24,964 bases of DNA, taken from assembly GCA_949487015.1 (NCBI GenBank), contig CATAQZ010000034.1:1-24964 (forward strand), written 5' to 3'. Shown one piece after another: positions 1-8,762 of this stretch. The notes under the pieces are model-generated. The model did no database searches, was not told the origin of the DNA, and worked only from the letters and a program-made list of their open reading frames with translations. Both the position numbers and the translations under genes were made by a program. This DNA is from Flavobacteriales bacterium UBA4585. GTDB taxonomy: Bacteria > Bacteroidota > Bacteroidia > Flavobacteriales > Schleiferiaceae. Each line of letters opens with the position of its first letter. Positions within the stretch are counted from its first letter, which is position 1.

Positions 1-665
1 GCTGCCGACGGAATCTTCACCTCGCTATCTCCATAGCTCATGGCACCTGTATGCGGCAAGTCATCGCGCAACAGCGTAACTGAGCGAAGAACTGTCGCCA
101 CCGCGCCAAATTTTCCTGCCTCCATCGCCCCTGCCCAACGGTACTTCACTGCACCGCCGTACGCATTAAATGTGCTGATCAAGCTGTGGTCCATGTACGT
201 GTTGTAGAAGACAATCTTACCTTCCACTCCCTCGCGCCCTAAAGCTTCTAATTCCTCAAAGGATCCAACCTCAACCACCTCAGCGCGAACGCCTTCTTTA
301 GGGGTCGGCACCGATCCACCCAGGGCCGTAGTTGGCAATGAAATAGGCTCCCCACCGGCATAGGCCTTAGACCATTCTTCACCTCTGTACCATTTCGGCA
401 CTTCAACTTCTTGAAGCCATACTGTATCTGCTCCTGCTTCCATCATTTCGTGTTTTGCCCAACGCGCTGCTTCATTTGCCGCCTCCGAACCGCTGGGACG
501 AGGGCCTATAACTTCGCACATGTACTTCAGCCATTCGTAACCCTGCTGCTCACCCAATGCTTCGGTATAAATGGATTTTATTACCGCCGCCTTATCGGTA
601 TCAACTTGTGACGCTGCGCTAAATCCTACTAATGCCAAAATGGCTAATATTCTAAATTTCATCAT
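1..665 (-). CDS. M28-family metallopeptidase, carboxypeptidase Q / plasma glutamate carboxypeptidase-like (N-terminal part; runs off the window start)
   Basis: Not in the ORF track; translated by hand: MMKFRILAILALVGFSAAS-QVDTDKAAVIKSIYTEALGEQQGYEWLKYMCEVIGPRPSGSEAANEAARWAKHEMMEAGADTVWLQEVEVPKWYRGEE...GKIVFYN...LPHTGAMSYGDSEVKIPSA. Signal peptide, IGPRxSGS and V.VP.W.RG motifs and a PA-domain PHTG motif are typical of CPQ. The start ATG (665 or 662) overlaps the stop of the upstream ORF. Confidence 0.85.
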   Translation of the reverse strand, partial: MMKFRILAILALVGFSAASQVDTDKAAVIKSIYTEALGEQQGYEWLKYMCEVIGPRPSGSEAANEAARWAKHEMMEAGADTVWLQEVEVPKWYRGEEWSKAYAGGEPISLPTTALGGSVPTPKEGVRAEVVEVGSFEELEALGREGVEGKIVFYNTYMDHSLISTFNAYGGAVKYRWAGAMEAGKFGAVATVLRSVTLLRDDLPHTGAMSYGDSEVKIPSA

Positions 666-1168
666 CGCTTTCTTCTTGCTTTCGTCTTCGCCGAAATAGC
701 CGGAGAAAACCTTACTAATTTAAGTTTAAACTCTTCTTCTAGCACCTTTACATAAGGGTCCAATTCATCTCTGTTTACCACCCGCGCTAACAACACCTTT
801 TCCCGATGACTCGCATTAACTAAATACAATGCAACGCCCGTATGCTCCTGATAACGCATTACTCCAGCGTAACTGGTTTGTCGAACGGACTGCTGCTCAC
901 CTAAAACGACCACTCCTGCATTTGGTTTAATAGGTTCCCAGCTCCCTAAGTGAATGCCGTACACCGAATAATAGCGAAACATTTTTTGATCCGTACTACG
1001 AAGGGTTGTCCCACGTCGCGCGGTCACTCCCCAAAGCCCAATCAACCAAAAAACGAAAATTGCCGGATGCATTCCGCTGAAGAATGGAAGAATAATAGAC
1101 ACCGTGAGAATTAACCAAAACCGAAAAGGCATGGGAAAAACTTTCTCTTTTGGTAATTCAACCCGCAT
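662..1168 (-). CDS. hypothetical membrane protein (two N-terminal hydrophobic segments, soluble C-terminal domain, basic tail)
   Basis: 168-aa ORF filling the gap between DUF819 and the M28 gene; its stop overlaps the next ATG. Hydrophobic segments FWLILTVSIILPFF and AIFVFWLIGLWGV. Start codon uncertain. Confidence 0.7.
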   Translation of the reverse strand: MRVELPKEKVFPMPFRFWLILTVSIILPFFSGMHPAIFVFWLIGLWGVTARRGTTLRSTDQKMFRYYSVYGIHLGSWEPIKPNAGVVVLGEQQSVRQTSYAGVMRYQEHTGVALYLVNASHREKVLLARVVNRDELDPYVKVLEEEFKLKLVRFSPAISAKTKARRKR

Positions 1169-1179
1169 CTACCATTCCT

Positions 1180-2433
1180 TTAGTAAACTCCTGCAGAAGC
1201 TTGCATTAACAGTCCACAGATGTATGCGCCATACGTACCTAATGCATACCCTAAGACTGCTAGAAGCACACCAACTGGCGCTAAAGCCGGGTGGAATGCC
1301 GCCGCAACAACCGGTGCACTTGCGGCTCCACCGATATTTGCTTTGGAGCCGACGGCTAGAAAGAAATAGGGGGCACGGATAATTTTTGCAACAATGAACA
1401 TAAGACCCACGTGTATCATCATCCACACCAATCCCACAGCGAACAAACCCGGTTTATGGAAAATCTCCATCACGTTCATGCTCATACCGATAGTTGCGAC
1501 TAGAATGTAAATGAAAACACTACCCACTTTTGACGCTCCTGCGCCTTCTAGTGTGCGTGCTTTTGTAAAGCTTAATCCAATACCTACAGTTGTGGCGATA
1601 ACAACCAGCCAGAAAAAGCCAGAAGTCAAGCTGAATTTTGCAAGAATAGGATAGTGTTCGCCTATGTAAGGAGCTATTCCGTCGCTCATCCAATGCGCCA
1701 AACCGGTCGCTCCAAAAGCCAATGCTAAAATGTAAATGAGATCGTTAAATGAGGTGACCTTGCTAATGCTAGCGGTGTAGGCCTCCATCTTATTCTGAAG
1801 GGAATCTACCGCTGAAGCATCGGCCTTAAAGGCTTTATCAATGTTTTTATGCTTTGCCACACCAATAAGTAAAAATGCCATCCACAACTCTGCGACCAAA
1901 ACATCCACAGTCACCATGGCGCTAAAGATGTCTTCACTGACCTCAAAAACTTCTTTCATAGCCGCCTGATTAGCACCGCCTCCTATCCAGGATCCCGCTA
2001 CAGTGGTCATTCCGCGCCAAATTTCCTCTGGATTAGCGCCTACGATATCCGGAGCAATCACGCTAAATAATAAAATACTTAATGGACCGCCAATCACCAC
2101 CCCAACGGTACCGGTAAAGAACATAATCAGCGCCTTAGGGCCTAATTTCTTCACCTCGCCGAAATCAATACTAAGCGTTAATAAAATCAATGCCGCTGGT
2201 AACAGGTAGCGGCTCGCCATAAAATACAACCGGCTCTGCTTCGGATCTATTATTTCGAATGTGGTAAGTAGGGATGGTAAAAAGTAGCACAATAAGAGTG
2301 CTGGTATGACGCTATAAAACTTTTTGAATGCCGGATGTTCGCTTTTTGAGGTGTAAAATATAGCGCCCAGCATAGCCGCTAAAATTCCAAAGAGTGTGGC
2401 ATCATTAGTAATTAGAGGATGTACTTCGTGCAT
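1180..2433 (-). CDS. DUF819-family multi-pass membrane protein (putative transporter)
   Basis: 417 aa with about 10-12 hydrophobic helices; motifs GSWIGGGANQAAM and VGSKANIGGAASAPVVAAAF match the DUF819 pattern as I recall it. Confidence 0.85.
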   Translation of the reverse strand: MHEVHPLITNDATLFGILAAMLGAIFYTSKSEHPAFKKFYSVIPALLLCYFLPSLLTTFEIIDPKQSRLYFMASRYLLPAALILLTLSIDFGEVKKLGPKALIMFFTGTVGVVIGGPLSILLFSVIAPDIVGANPEEIWRGMTTVAGSWIGGGANQAAMKEVFEVSEDIFSAMVTVDVLVAELWMAFLLIGVAKHKNIDKAFKADASAVDSLQNKMEAYTASISKVTSFNDLIYILALAFGATGLAHWMSDGIAPYIGEHYPILAKFSLTSGFFWLVVIATTVGIGLSFTKARTLEGAGASKVGSVFIYILVATIGMSMNVMEIFHKPGLFAVGLVWMMIHVGLMFIVAKIIRAPYFFLAVGSKANIGGAASAPVVAAAFHPALAPVGVLLAVLGYALGTYGAYICGLLMQASAGVY

Positions 2434-2446
2434 AATTAGGTATTCG

Positions 2447-3100
2447 TTATTTTTCTAAGGTGGCGATTTCCTGGGCCAGTTTTTCCGCGTCAAAAGAGTG
2501 GCCTCCTTCATACACGCTCACCAAGGGTTCGAAGTTATACTTTTCTAGATAGTAGCCTATCATTTCTTGCTGCTTCTCGGTCGTAATGTATTCGTCCTGG
2601 GATCCAAAACACGCTTTAAACCTGAGCTTTTCTAATGTCGCTCTGTTCGTTTTGTCAAGATCTGGCGGCCAGCTTCCTGCCCATGCCAATAGTGAAGATG
2701 GCTGTACGTCTTCATGGCCTATGCAGCGCATGATGGTGGCTACGCCCTGAGAAAACCCGATACAATGTATAGTTGCCTTAGGCGCCTGCTTTTTAATCCA
2801 CCGAAATACAAATCCCAAGTAGATGCGCTGGTTGGCGATATCCACCAATCGCTGGTCTTTGGTCATCCATGAAGCTCCGACACGACCGTGAACGCCGTTG
2901 AGATAGAATTTATGAGGGCCTTGGGGAAATACAAAAGCGCGCTCTTCAGTGACCAGAGAACGAAAATGGCGGGCAAAGAATTGGACCAATTGGCCGTACC
3001 CATGTAGACCCACCCAAACATGTTTCGTCGATTCAGAAAGGGCGCCAAGCGAGTCTACTCTTTGCTCCTGTGCTACTGGTATCCAGTGCGTTTGACTCAT
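2447..3100 (-). CDS. alpha/beta-hydrolase, phospholipase/carboxylesterase-like
   Basis: LHGYGQ oxyanion motif, GFSQG nucleophile elbow, candidate Asp (GSQDEY) and His (GGH) of the catalytic triad. Confidence 0.85.
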   Translation of the reverse strand: MSQTHWIPVAQEQRVDSLGALSESTKHVWVGLHGYGQLVQFFARHFRSLVTEERAFVFPQGPHKFYLNGVHGRVGASWMTKDQRLVDIANQRIYLGFVFRWIKKQAPKATIHCIGFSQGVATIMRCIGHEDVQPSSLLAWAGSWPPDLDKTNRATLEKLRFKACFGSQDEYITTEKQQEMIGYYLEKYNFEPLVSVYEGGHSFDAEKLAQEIATLEK

Positions 3101-3877
3101 TTATGCTCCTGGGAATTGGGGCTTGCGCTTTTCTAAAAACGCAGTGGTTCCCTCCTTAAAATCTGCCGTTTCAAAACAATCGCCAAAAGCCTGTACTTCC
3201 ACATCATAACCGATAGCACCTTCAAGCATACCAGCGTTTACCGCCTCAATGGCATACCCCATTGCGACAATGCTGTTTTTCATAAAGTCCCGCGCCATTT
3301 TTTCAGCCGTAGCTTGTAATGCCTCTTGAGGAACCACTGCATTCACTAATCCATAATTTAATGCTGTAGAGGCATCAATCATTTTTGCACTAAATATCAT
3401 TTCTAAGGCGCGTCCTTTCCCTATGAGTTGCGGAAGGCGTTGTGTACCTCCATACCCAGGGATAACTCCTAAGGAAGTCTCTGGAAGGCCCATACGCGCA
3501 TTATCAGAAGCAATCCGCACATGAGCAGCCATGGCTAATTCTAAACCACCTCCTAATGCAAATCCATTAATCGCCGCAATAACAGGCTTTGAAAATTCTT
3601 CAATAACATTGAAAACGGTCATGTGACCGGTCTTTGCAAGATCCGATCCTTCCGCGCCAGAAAAATCGGCGAATTCCTTAATGTCGGCACCCGCAACAAA
3701 GGCCTTTTCTCCTGCTCCGGTCATAATGACCACCTTAACGGCGTCATTATCTCGCATGTATTCAAAAGCCTCGTTAATTTCTGATAACGTTTGTTTGTTT
3801 AGCGCATTAAGTTGTTTCGGTCGGTTAATGACAAGCATCGCAATGCCGTCAACAATGGTGAGTTGTACGTTTTCCAT
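3101..3877 (-). CDS. enoyl-CoA hydratase/isomerase (crotonase) family protein
   Basis: AFVAGADIKEF, GFALGGGLELAMA and PETSLGVIPGYGGTQRLP crotonase motifs with both catalytic Glu residues. Confidence 0.95.
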   Translation of the reverse strand: MENVQLTIVDGIAMLVINRPKQLNALNKQTLSEINEAFEYMRDNDAVKVVIMTGAGEKAFVAGADIKEFADFSGAEGSDLAKTGHMTVFNVIEEFSKPVIAAINGFALGGGLELAMAAHVRIASDNARMGLPETSLGVIPGYGGTQRLPQLIGKGRALEMIFSAKMIDASTALNYGLVNAVVPQEALQATAEKMARDFMKNSIVAMGYAIEAVNAGMLEGAIGYDVEVQAFGDCFETADFKEGTTAFLEKRKPQFPGA

Positions 3878-3879
3878 TT

Positions 3880-5301
3880 TTAAGATAGGTTGTTTTGCTG
3901 TGTAGGTATGGTAATGGTGAAGACAGCGCCTTGTTTTCCGTTTTCAAAAGCGATGGTTCCACCAAAGTTTTGAATGAGATTTCTAACCATGGCCAGTCCT
4001 AATCCCATTCCGGAACTTTTCGTTGTAAAATTGGGCTCAAAAACACGTTCTTTCATTTCATCAGGAATGCCGGTTCCATTATCGCTGACGGATATGATGC
4101 CCTGCCCTAGTTTTTTCTGAATCCGTACCATAATCTCTGGCTGTCGATCCTCTGGAACACTTTGAAGGGCATTTTTAATAAGATTATGAATGATTCTTGA
4201 CCATTGCTCTTTGTCCACACTCGCGTAAATGGGGCCATCTGAATGGAATTGAACGCCCCGATCACTATACAGTGCAATTGCGCGATTACTCAAATAAGAA
4301 ACATCGTGTGTTTCCAAACGCAACGACGGCATTTGGGCAAATCTTGAAAAAGCCTCTGCAATGGAGGTCAAGCCCTCAATCTCTTCGAGCAAATGCTTTG
4401 ACATGTCTTGAAGCTCGTCAAGATTCTTTTCACGCTGCATCATTTGAAGCGTCAACTTCATTGGCGTCAGCGGATTTTTAATCTCATGAGCTACTTGCTG
4501 GGCCATTTCCTTCCAAGCGCTCTCGCGCTCGCTCTTTGCTAGGTCGATGGCGGTCTTCTCCAGTTTTTCAACCATCAAATTGTATTCCTGTATCAATTGA
4601 CCCATCTCGTCGTTGTGTCGCCAAGTCAACTTTTCATTACTCTGGTTCAAACGCACCTTCTTCAGCTTTGCCCCAACGATCCTCATGTTTCGGCTGATAT
4701 AATTGGACAGGATTAAGGCTAAAACAATACCCACGAACAGCAGCACCACGTAAATAAAGCCCAATTGGCGTAAAAACTGAAAATCCTCCTCAGGTATAAC
4801 ATTGTCATCAACAGCATAAGGAATACGTATGATAAGTTCAATGGAATTATCAGCGCTTACAATGTTTCCAGTACCTATTAAAAAGCCTTCAACTGCTTCG
4901 ATCGCATAGTCTGATTTCGGTTGACGCGTAAGTAACTTTAATTCTACCCAAGATGGAAATAATGCGTCGGACACTTCGTAAACATGACTTCTTGCCAATA
5001 ATGCGCCGTTTGGGTGATAGAGCCCTACGTCTAATTTATGAATAGAGCCTATCTCATCCATTCTAGTACCGAGCACCGTTTTCCATTGTGTTGGTGATAA
5101 CTCTAAACCTTGATATCCACTGGTGATGTAGTCGATATGAGAAGAAATGGCCTTTGCTTTTCGCTCTAATCGCTCGTAATGGTAATTCTTGTTTTCCGCC
5201 TTAAAATGGTACAACGAAAACGTTCCCGTCAGCACGAAAGCCACGAGAAGAATCATCATCATGAATAAGAAAGTACGAACCCGGATGGTTAAGACTGCCA
5301 T
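3880..5301 (-). CDS. membrane sensor histidine kinase (2 TM, HAMP, HisKA, HATPase; NtrY-like)
   Basis: H-box AHEIKNPLTPM, N-box NLIKNALQS, G1 DNGTGI, F-box FEPNFTTK, G2 GMGLGL; HAMP-like DEMGQLIQEYNLMVEKL. Confidence 0.95.
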   Translation of the reverse strand: MAVLTIRVRTFLFMMMILLVAFVLTGTFSLYHFKAENKNYHYERLERKAKAISSHIDYITSGYQGLELSPTQWKTVLGTRMDEIGSIHKLDVGLYHPNGALLARSHVYEVSDALFPSWVELKLLTRQPKSDYAIEAVEGFLIGTGNIVSADNSIELIIRIPYAVDDNVIPEEDFQFLRQLGFIYVVLLFVGIVLALILSNYISRNMRIVGAKLKKVRLNQSNEKLTWRHNDEMGQLIQEYNLMVEKLEKTAIDLAKSERESAWKEMAQQVAHEIKNPLTPMKLTLQMMQREKNLDELQDMSKHLLEEIEGLTSIAEAFSRFAQMPSLRLETHDVSYLSNRAIALYSDRGVQFHSDGPIYASVDKEQWSRIIHNLIKNALQSVPEDRQPEIMVRIQKKLGQGIISVSDNGTGIPDEMKERVFEPNFTTKSSGMGLGLAMVRNLIQNFGGTIAFENGKQGAVFTITIPTQQNNLS

Positions 5302-5354
5302 GTTTCTAAATTAAGGCAATACTCGCAGGTCGGAAAGGCTAATTGCGGATATTT

Positions 5355-5534
5355 CTACAACCCAAATTTTTCGCGAAGTGGACGCGTAGGTATGATGATC
5401 TTGCCGCCTAATTTGCTATGAACGACTTCCCCAGACTTGAGCAAGCGTTGCGCAGTAGCGCGAGAAATATCGAAAAGCTGCATAAGTTCAGCTACACTGA
5501 TGAACTCTTTCTGGAGTAGTTCAGACTGGGACAT
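5355..5534 (-). CDS. small helix-turn-helix protein, HTH_17 / excisionase-like (59 aa)
   Basis: Below the ORF-track length cutoff; translated by hand: MSQSELLQKEFISVAELMQLFDISRATAQRLLKSGEVVHSKLGGKIIIPTRPLREKFGL*. ATG at 5534, TAG at 5357-5355, A-rich Bacteroidota-type start context (TTTAAGTAAA-ATG). Confidence 0.8.
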   Translation of the reverse strand: MSQSELLQKEFISVAELMQLFDISRATAQRLLKSGEVVHSKLGGKIIIPTRPLREKFGL

Positions 5535-5640
5535 TTTACTTAAATAAAGGTTTGGACTTGTAATGTAAATAGAATTTCTATTCTTTAACTCTCTACCCCT
5601 CTTTTACCACAACGATTGTCTCGATTGAGCCTCTTTAAAC

Positions 5641-5668
5641 AAAAAAACCCGCGGCTCGCGCCGCGGGT
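5641..5668 (-). terminator. rho-independent terminator of the atp operon
   Basis: 9-bp GC-rich stem ACCCGCGGC/GCCGCGGGT with a 4-nt loop running into a U-tract on the minus strand, about 25 nt after the atpG stop. Confidence 0.9.
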
Positions 5669-5691
5669 CCTTGTCATTTTTCGAGAATTTC

Positions 5692-6555
5692 TTAACCCGC
5701 TAATGCATCTGCACCGCCAACAATCTCGAGAATCTCGTTCGTAATTGCTGCTTGACGAGCCTTGTTGTATTCGAGTTTCAAATCGCCCTGTAGCGCCTTA
5801 GCGTTATCGGTTGCTTTGTGCATCGCTGTCATACGCGCACCGTGCTCTGACGCATTCGCATCTAAAAGCGCTGCAAAGAATTGCGTCTTTAATGAAGTCG
5901 GAATCAAATCGGCTAGGATTTCCTGCATCGAAGGCTCGTAGATATACTCTGTAGTATCTGTCACTTCCGTACTGCTTAATTTCTCTTCCATAGCGATCGG
6001 CAAGAATTGCTCTGCCTGCGGCTCTTGAACGGCAGCGTTTTTAAACGCATTATAAACGATCACAACCTTGTCAAACTCGCCGGCAACGAAGCCTTCCATC
6101 AAGGCTTGCGCCTCTTGCTTTGCACCGTCAAACGTGATTTCATCCCAAAGTGCCGTGTTGCTGCTTACTTTGCGGGAATCGTTTTTAAAGGCATCGTGTG
6201 CTTTCTTTCCAACCGTAGCAATGGTGTACTCAGCGGGGTTTGCCGCCATGTAACTCTTTGCCTTTTTAACAACACTTGAGTTAAATCCACCACAAAGACC
6301 TCTGTTCGAAGAAATCACCACCAAACGCACCTTGTTACCGTCACGAACTTCACCATAGGCGTTTTCGCTACTGTCCAATGTACTGGATGCTTTCTGAAGA
6401 ATTTCAGTCAACTTAGAAGCATAAGGACGCATCTGTACGATTGCATCTTGTGCTTTCTTCAATTTAGCAGCACTCACCATCTTCATCGCTGAAGTGATCT
6501 TCATTGTGCTACCAATAGAAGTGATTCTGTTTCTAAGTTCTTTTAAGTTCGCCAT
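5692..6555 (-). CDS. atpG: F1 ATP synthase subunit gamma
   Basis: MANLKELRNRITSI...KITSAMKMVSAAKL, SNRGLCGGFN, RMTAMHKATDNA, YNKARQAAITNEILEIVGGA. Confidence 0.99.
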   Translation of the reverse strand: MANLKELRNRITSIGSTMKITSAMKMVSAAKLKKAQDAIVQMRPYASKLTEILQKASSTLDSSENAYGEVRDGNKVRLVVISSNRGLCGGFNSSVVKKAKSYMAANPAEYTIATVGKKAHDAFKNDSRKVSSNTALWDEITFDGAKQEAQALMEGFVAGEFDKVVIVYNAFKNAAVQEPQAEQFLPIAMEEKLSSTEVTDTTEYIYEPSMQEILADLIPTSLKTQFFAALLDANASEHGARMTAMHKATDNAKALQGDLKLEYNKARQAAITNEILEIVGGADALAG

Positions 6556-6590
6556 AGGACGTTAGTTTTTCCTTCCCTAAGGGAGGTAAA

Positions 6591-8171
6591 TTACGCTTCG
6601 TAGTTAGGGAGTACTTCCGCAATAGACGCTTCAATAGCACCAATCTCTGCGTCAGTCCACTTACCACCAGCTATGCTGTTAAGCGCGTCTTTCTTATTTC
6701 CTTCCATGTATTCGATAAGTGCACTTTCAAATGCTTTTACCTTATTAACTGGAACTTTATTCAATTTTCCTTTAGTACCTACGTAGATGATCGCTACCTG
6801 GTGTGCAACCGACATCGGTGCATTCACACCTTGCTTCAGAATCTCCACGTTACGCTCACCCTTGTTGATCACAGACATTGTCGCTGCATCAAGATCAGAT
6901 CCAAACTTAGCAAACGCCTCTAGCTCACGGTACTGTGCTTGGTCAAGCTTTAACGTACCAGATACTTTCTTCATCGGCTTGATCTGAGCAGAACCCCCTA
7001 CACGAGATACAGAGATACCTACGTTAATCGCAGGACGCACACCTGAATTAAAGAGGTCAGCTTCCAAGAAGATCTGTCCGTCAGTAATAGAAATTACGTT
7101 GGTAGGAATGTATGCAGATACATCACCCGCTTGTGTTTCAATGATCGGGAGTGCCGTTAGAGAACCGCCTCCTTTTACTTTGTCTTTCAGCGACTCAGGA
7201 AGGTCGTTCATTTGCGAAGCAATAGTATCATCAGCGATCACTTTTGCCGCACGCTCCAATAATCTTGAGTGCAAGTAGAATACATCACCTGGGTATGCCT
7301 CGCGACCTGGAGGACGACGTAACAACAACGAAACCTCACGGTAAGCAACTGCTTGCTTAGAAAGATCATCATAGATGATTAAGCCTGGACGACCTGTATC
7401 ACGGAAGTACTCACCGATTGCTGCACCAGCGAATGGTGCGTAAAACTGCATTGGCGCGGGATCAGAAGCGTTCGCCGCAACAATCGTAGTGTACTGCATT
7501 GCACCAGCGTCTTCCAGCGTTTTAGCAATACCTGCAACCGTAGAACCTTTCTGACCTACTGCAACGTAGATACAGTATACTGGCTCACCCTTGTCGAAGA
7601 ACTCCTTCTGGTTAATAATGGTATCGATGGCAACAGTTGTCTTACCTGTCTGACGGTCACCGATAATAAGCTCACGTTGACCACGACCGATTGGAATCAT
7701 CGCATCAATTGACTTGATACCTGTTTGCATTGGTTCGTTCACTGGCTGACGGAAAATCACCCCTGGTGCTTTACGCTCCAATGGCATTTCATAGGTTTCA
7801 CCTTGAATCGGTCCTTTACCATCGATAGGTTTACCCAATGTGTCCACTACACGACCCACAACTCCCTCACCTACGTTGATAGATGCGATAGTGTTTGTAC
7901 GTTTAACAGTGGTTCCCTCCTTGATGTCAGTTGACGGAGCGAGCAATACGATACCGACGTTATCCTCTTCTAAGTTCAATACGATACCTTTTTGGCCGTT
8001 TTCGAACTGTACCAACTCACCCGATTGTGCGTTTGCCAAACCGTATGCGCGCGCAATACCATCACCTACTTCAAGTACGGTACCCACTTCGTTTAGGTCA
8101 GCGCCATCGCTAAAACCGGATAATTGTTGCTTAAGGATTGCTGAAATTTCAGCTGGATTTACTTCTGCCAT
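6591..8171 (-). CDS. atpA: F1 ATP synthase subunit alpha
   Basis: Walker [49 protein letters not shown]. Confidence 0.99.
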   Translation of the reverse strand: MAEVNPAEISAILKQQLSGFSDGADLNEVGTVLEVGDGIARAYGLANAQSGELVQFENGQKGIVLNLEEDNVGIVLLAPSTDIKEGTTVKRTNTIASINVGEGVVGRVVDTLGKPIDGKGPIQGETYEMPLERKAPGVIFRQPVNEPMQTGIKSIDAMIPIGRGQRELIIGDRQTGKTTVAIDTIINQKEFFDKGEPVYCIYVAVGQKGSTVAGIAKTLEDAGAMQYTTIVAANASDPAPMQFYAPFAGAAIGEYFRDTGRPGLIIYDDLSKQAVAYREVSLLLRRPPGREAYPGDVFYLHSRLLERAAKVIADDTIASQMNDLPESLKDKVKGGGSLTALPIIETQAGDVSAYIPTNVISITDGQIFLEADLFNSGVRPAINVGISVSRVGGSAQIKPMKKVSGTLKLDQAQYRELEAFAKFGSDLDAATMSVINKGERNVEILKQGVNAPMSVAHQVAIIYVGTKGKLNKVPVNKVKAFESALIEYMEGNKKDALNSIAGGKWTDAEIGAIEASIAEVLPNYEA

Positions 8172-8217
8172 GATCCTCTATTTAAGGTCTTTGTTTTTCT
8201 TTTCTAATGCTTGGAAA

Positions 8218-8754
8218 CTAGTCAATCATTGCATTGCGCAATGATCTTAGCTTACCGGAAATTGTATTGTCTAATTGGTATCCTTCCACTTCCAACTTCA
8301 ATCCACCAATAACGGTAGCGTCGACTTCTTCAGTGAGTAATACCTCTTTGCTCAACTGGCTCGATAATTTCGAAACCAAATTTTCTTTATCGCTTGGAGA
8401 CAAAGCAACTGCACTCACCACGTGAGCCTCGATGATTCCTTTGTACGCCAAAACGTCTTTTTCAAACTTCTCACAAACTTTAGCCAAATGCTCTTCGCGA
8501 CCGTTGTTCGTAAGCAGCATAATGAAACCCTCGAAAAGTTCACTCACTTTTCCGCTGAAGACCTCTTTCAAGATCGCCTGCTTCTTGTCTGCTTTAACCA
8601 CCGGATTCTTAAGCAACAATGCCAATTCTCCGGATGCCAATACCGTTTCCTTCGTTAAAGTAGCATCAGCGCGAACGACGTCTAATACGTTTTGTTCTAT
8701 CGCCAATTCTAATAAGGCTTTACTGTAACGGGTTGCGACTCTTGGGTAATTCAT
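8218..8754 (-). CDS. atpH: F1 ATP synthase subunit delta
   Basis: RVATRYSKALLELA N-terminus, LKNPVV, VDATVIGGLKLEV; position between atpF and atpA. Confidence 0.97.
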   Translation of the reverse strand: MNYPRVATRYSKALLELAIEQNVLDVVRADATLTKETVLASGELALLLKNPVVKADKKQAILKEVFSGKVSELFEGFIMLLTNNGREEHLAKVCEKFEKDVLAYKGIIEAHVVSAVALSPSDKENLVSKLSSQLSKEVLLTEEVDATVIGGLKLEVEGYQLDNTISGKLRSLRNAMID

Positions 8755-8762
8755 ACCTGTTC

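Noticed and set aside
1169-1426. Cys-rich 85-aa ORF and other short track ORFs (for example 411-611, 1104-1382, 7840-8244, 8884-9276, 10381-10716, 14548-14775, 16967-17556, 19390-20388, 22999-23193, 23294-23491)
   Set aside because: All are alternate-frame or antisense shadows of strongly supported genes, with no recognisable motifs or independent expression signals.
5302-5691. Possible prophage or ICE attachment site near the excisionase-like ORF
   Set aside because: No integrase, tRNA, or direct repeat pair is visible, and flanking genes are intact. A mobile element cannot be supported from this window.
6566-6590. Small CCTCCCT-TA-GGGAAGG hairpin and SD-like purine run between atpA and atpG
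   Set aside because: Weak, bulged stem with a very small loop and no U-tract; Bacteroidota generally do not use Shine-Dalgarno pairing.
7150-7260. Short insertion in AtpA ([19 protein letters not shown])
   Set aside because: I recall it as a normal feature of Bacteroidota alpha subunits.
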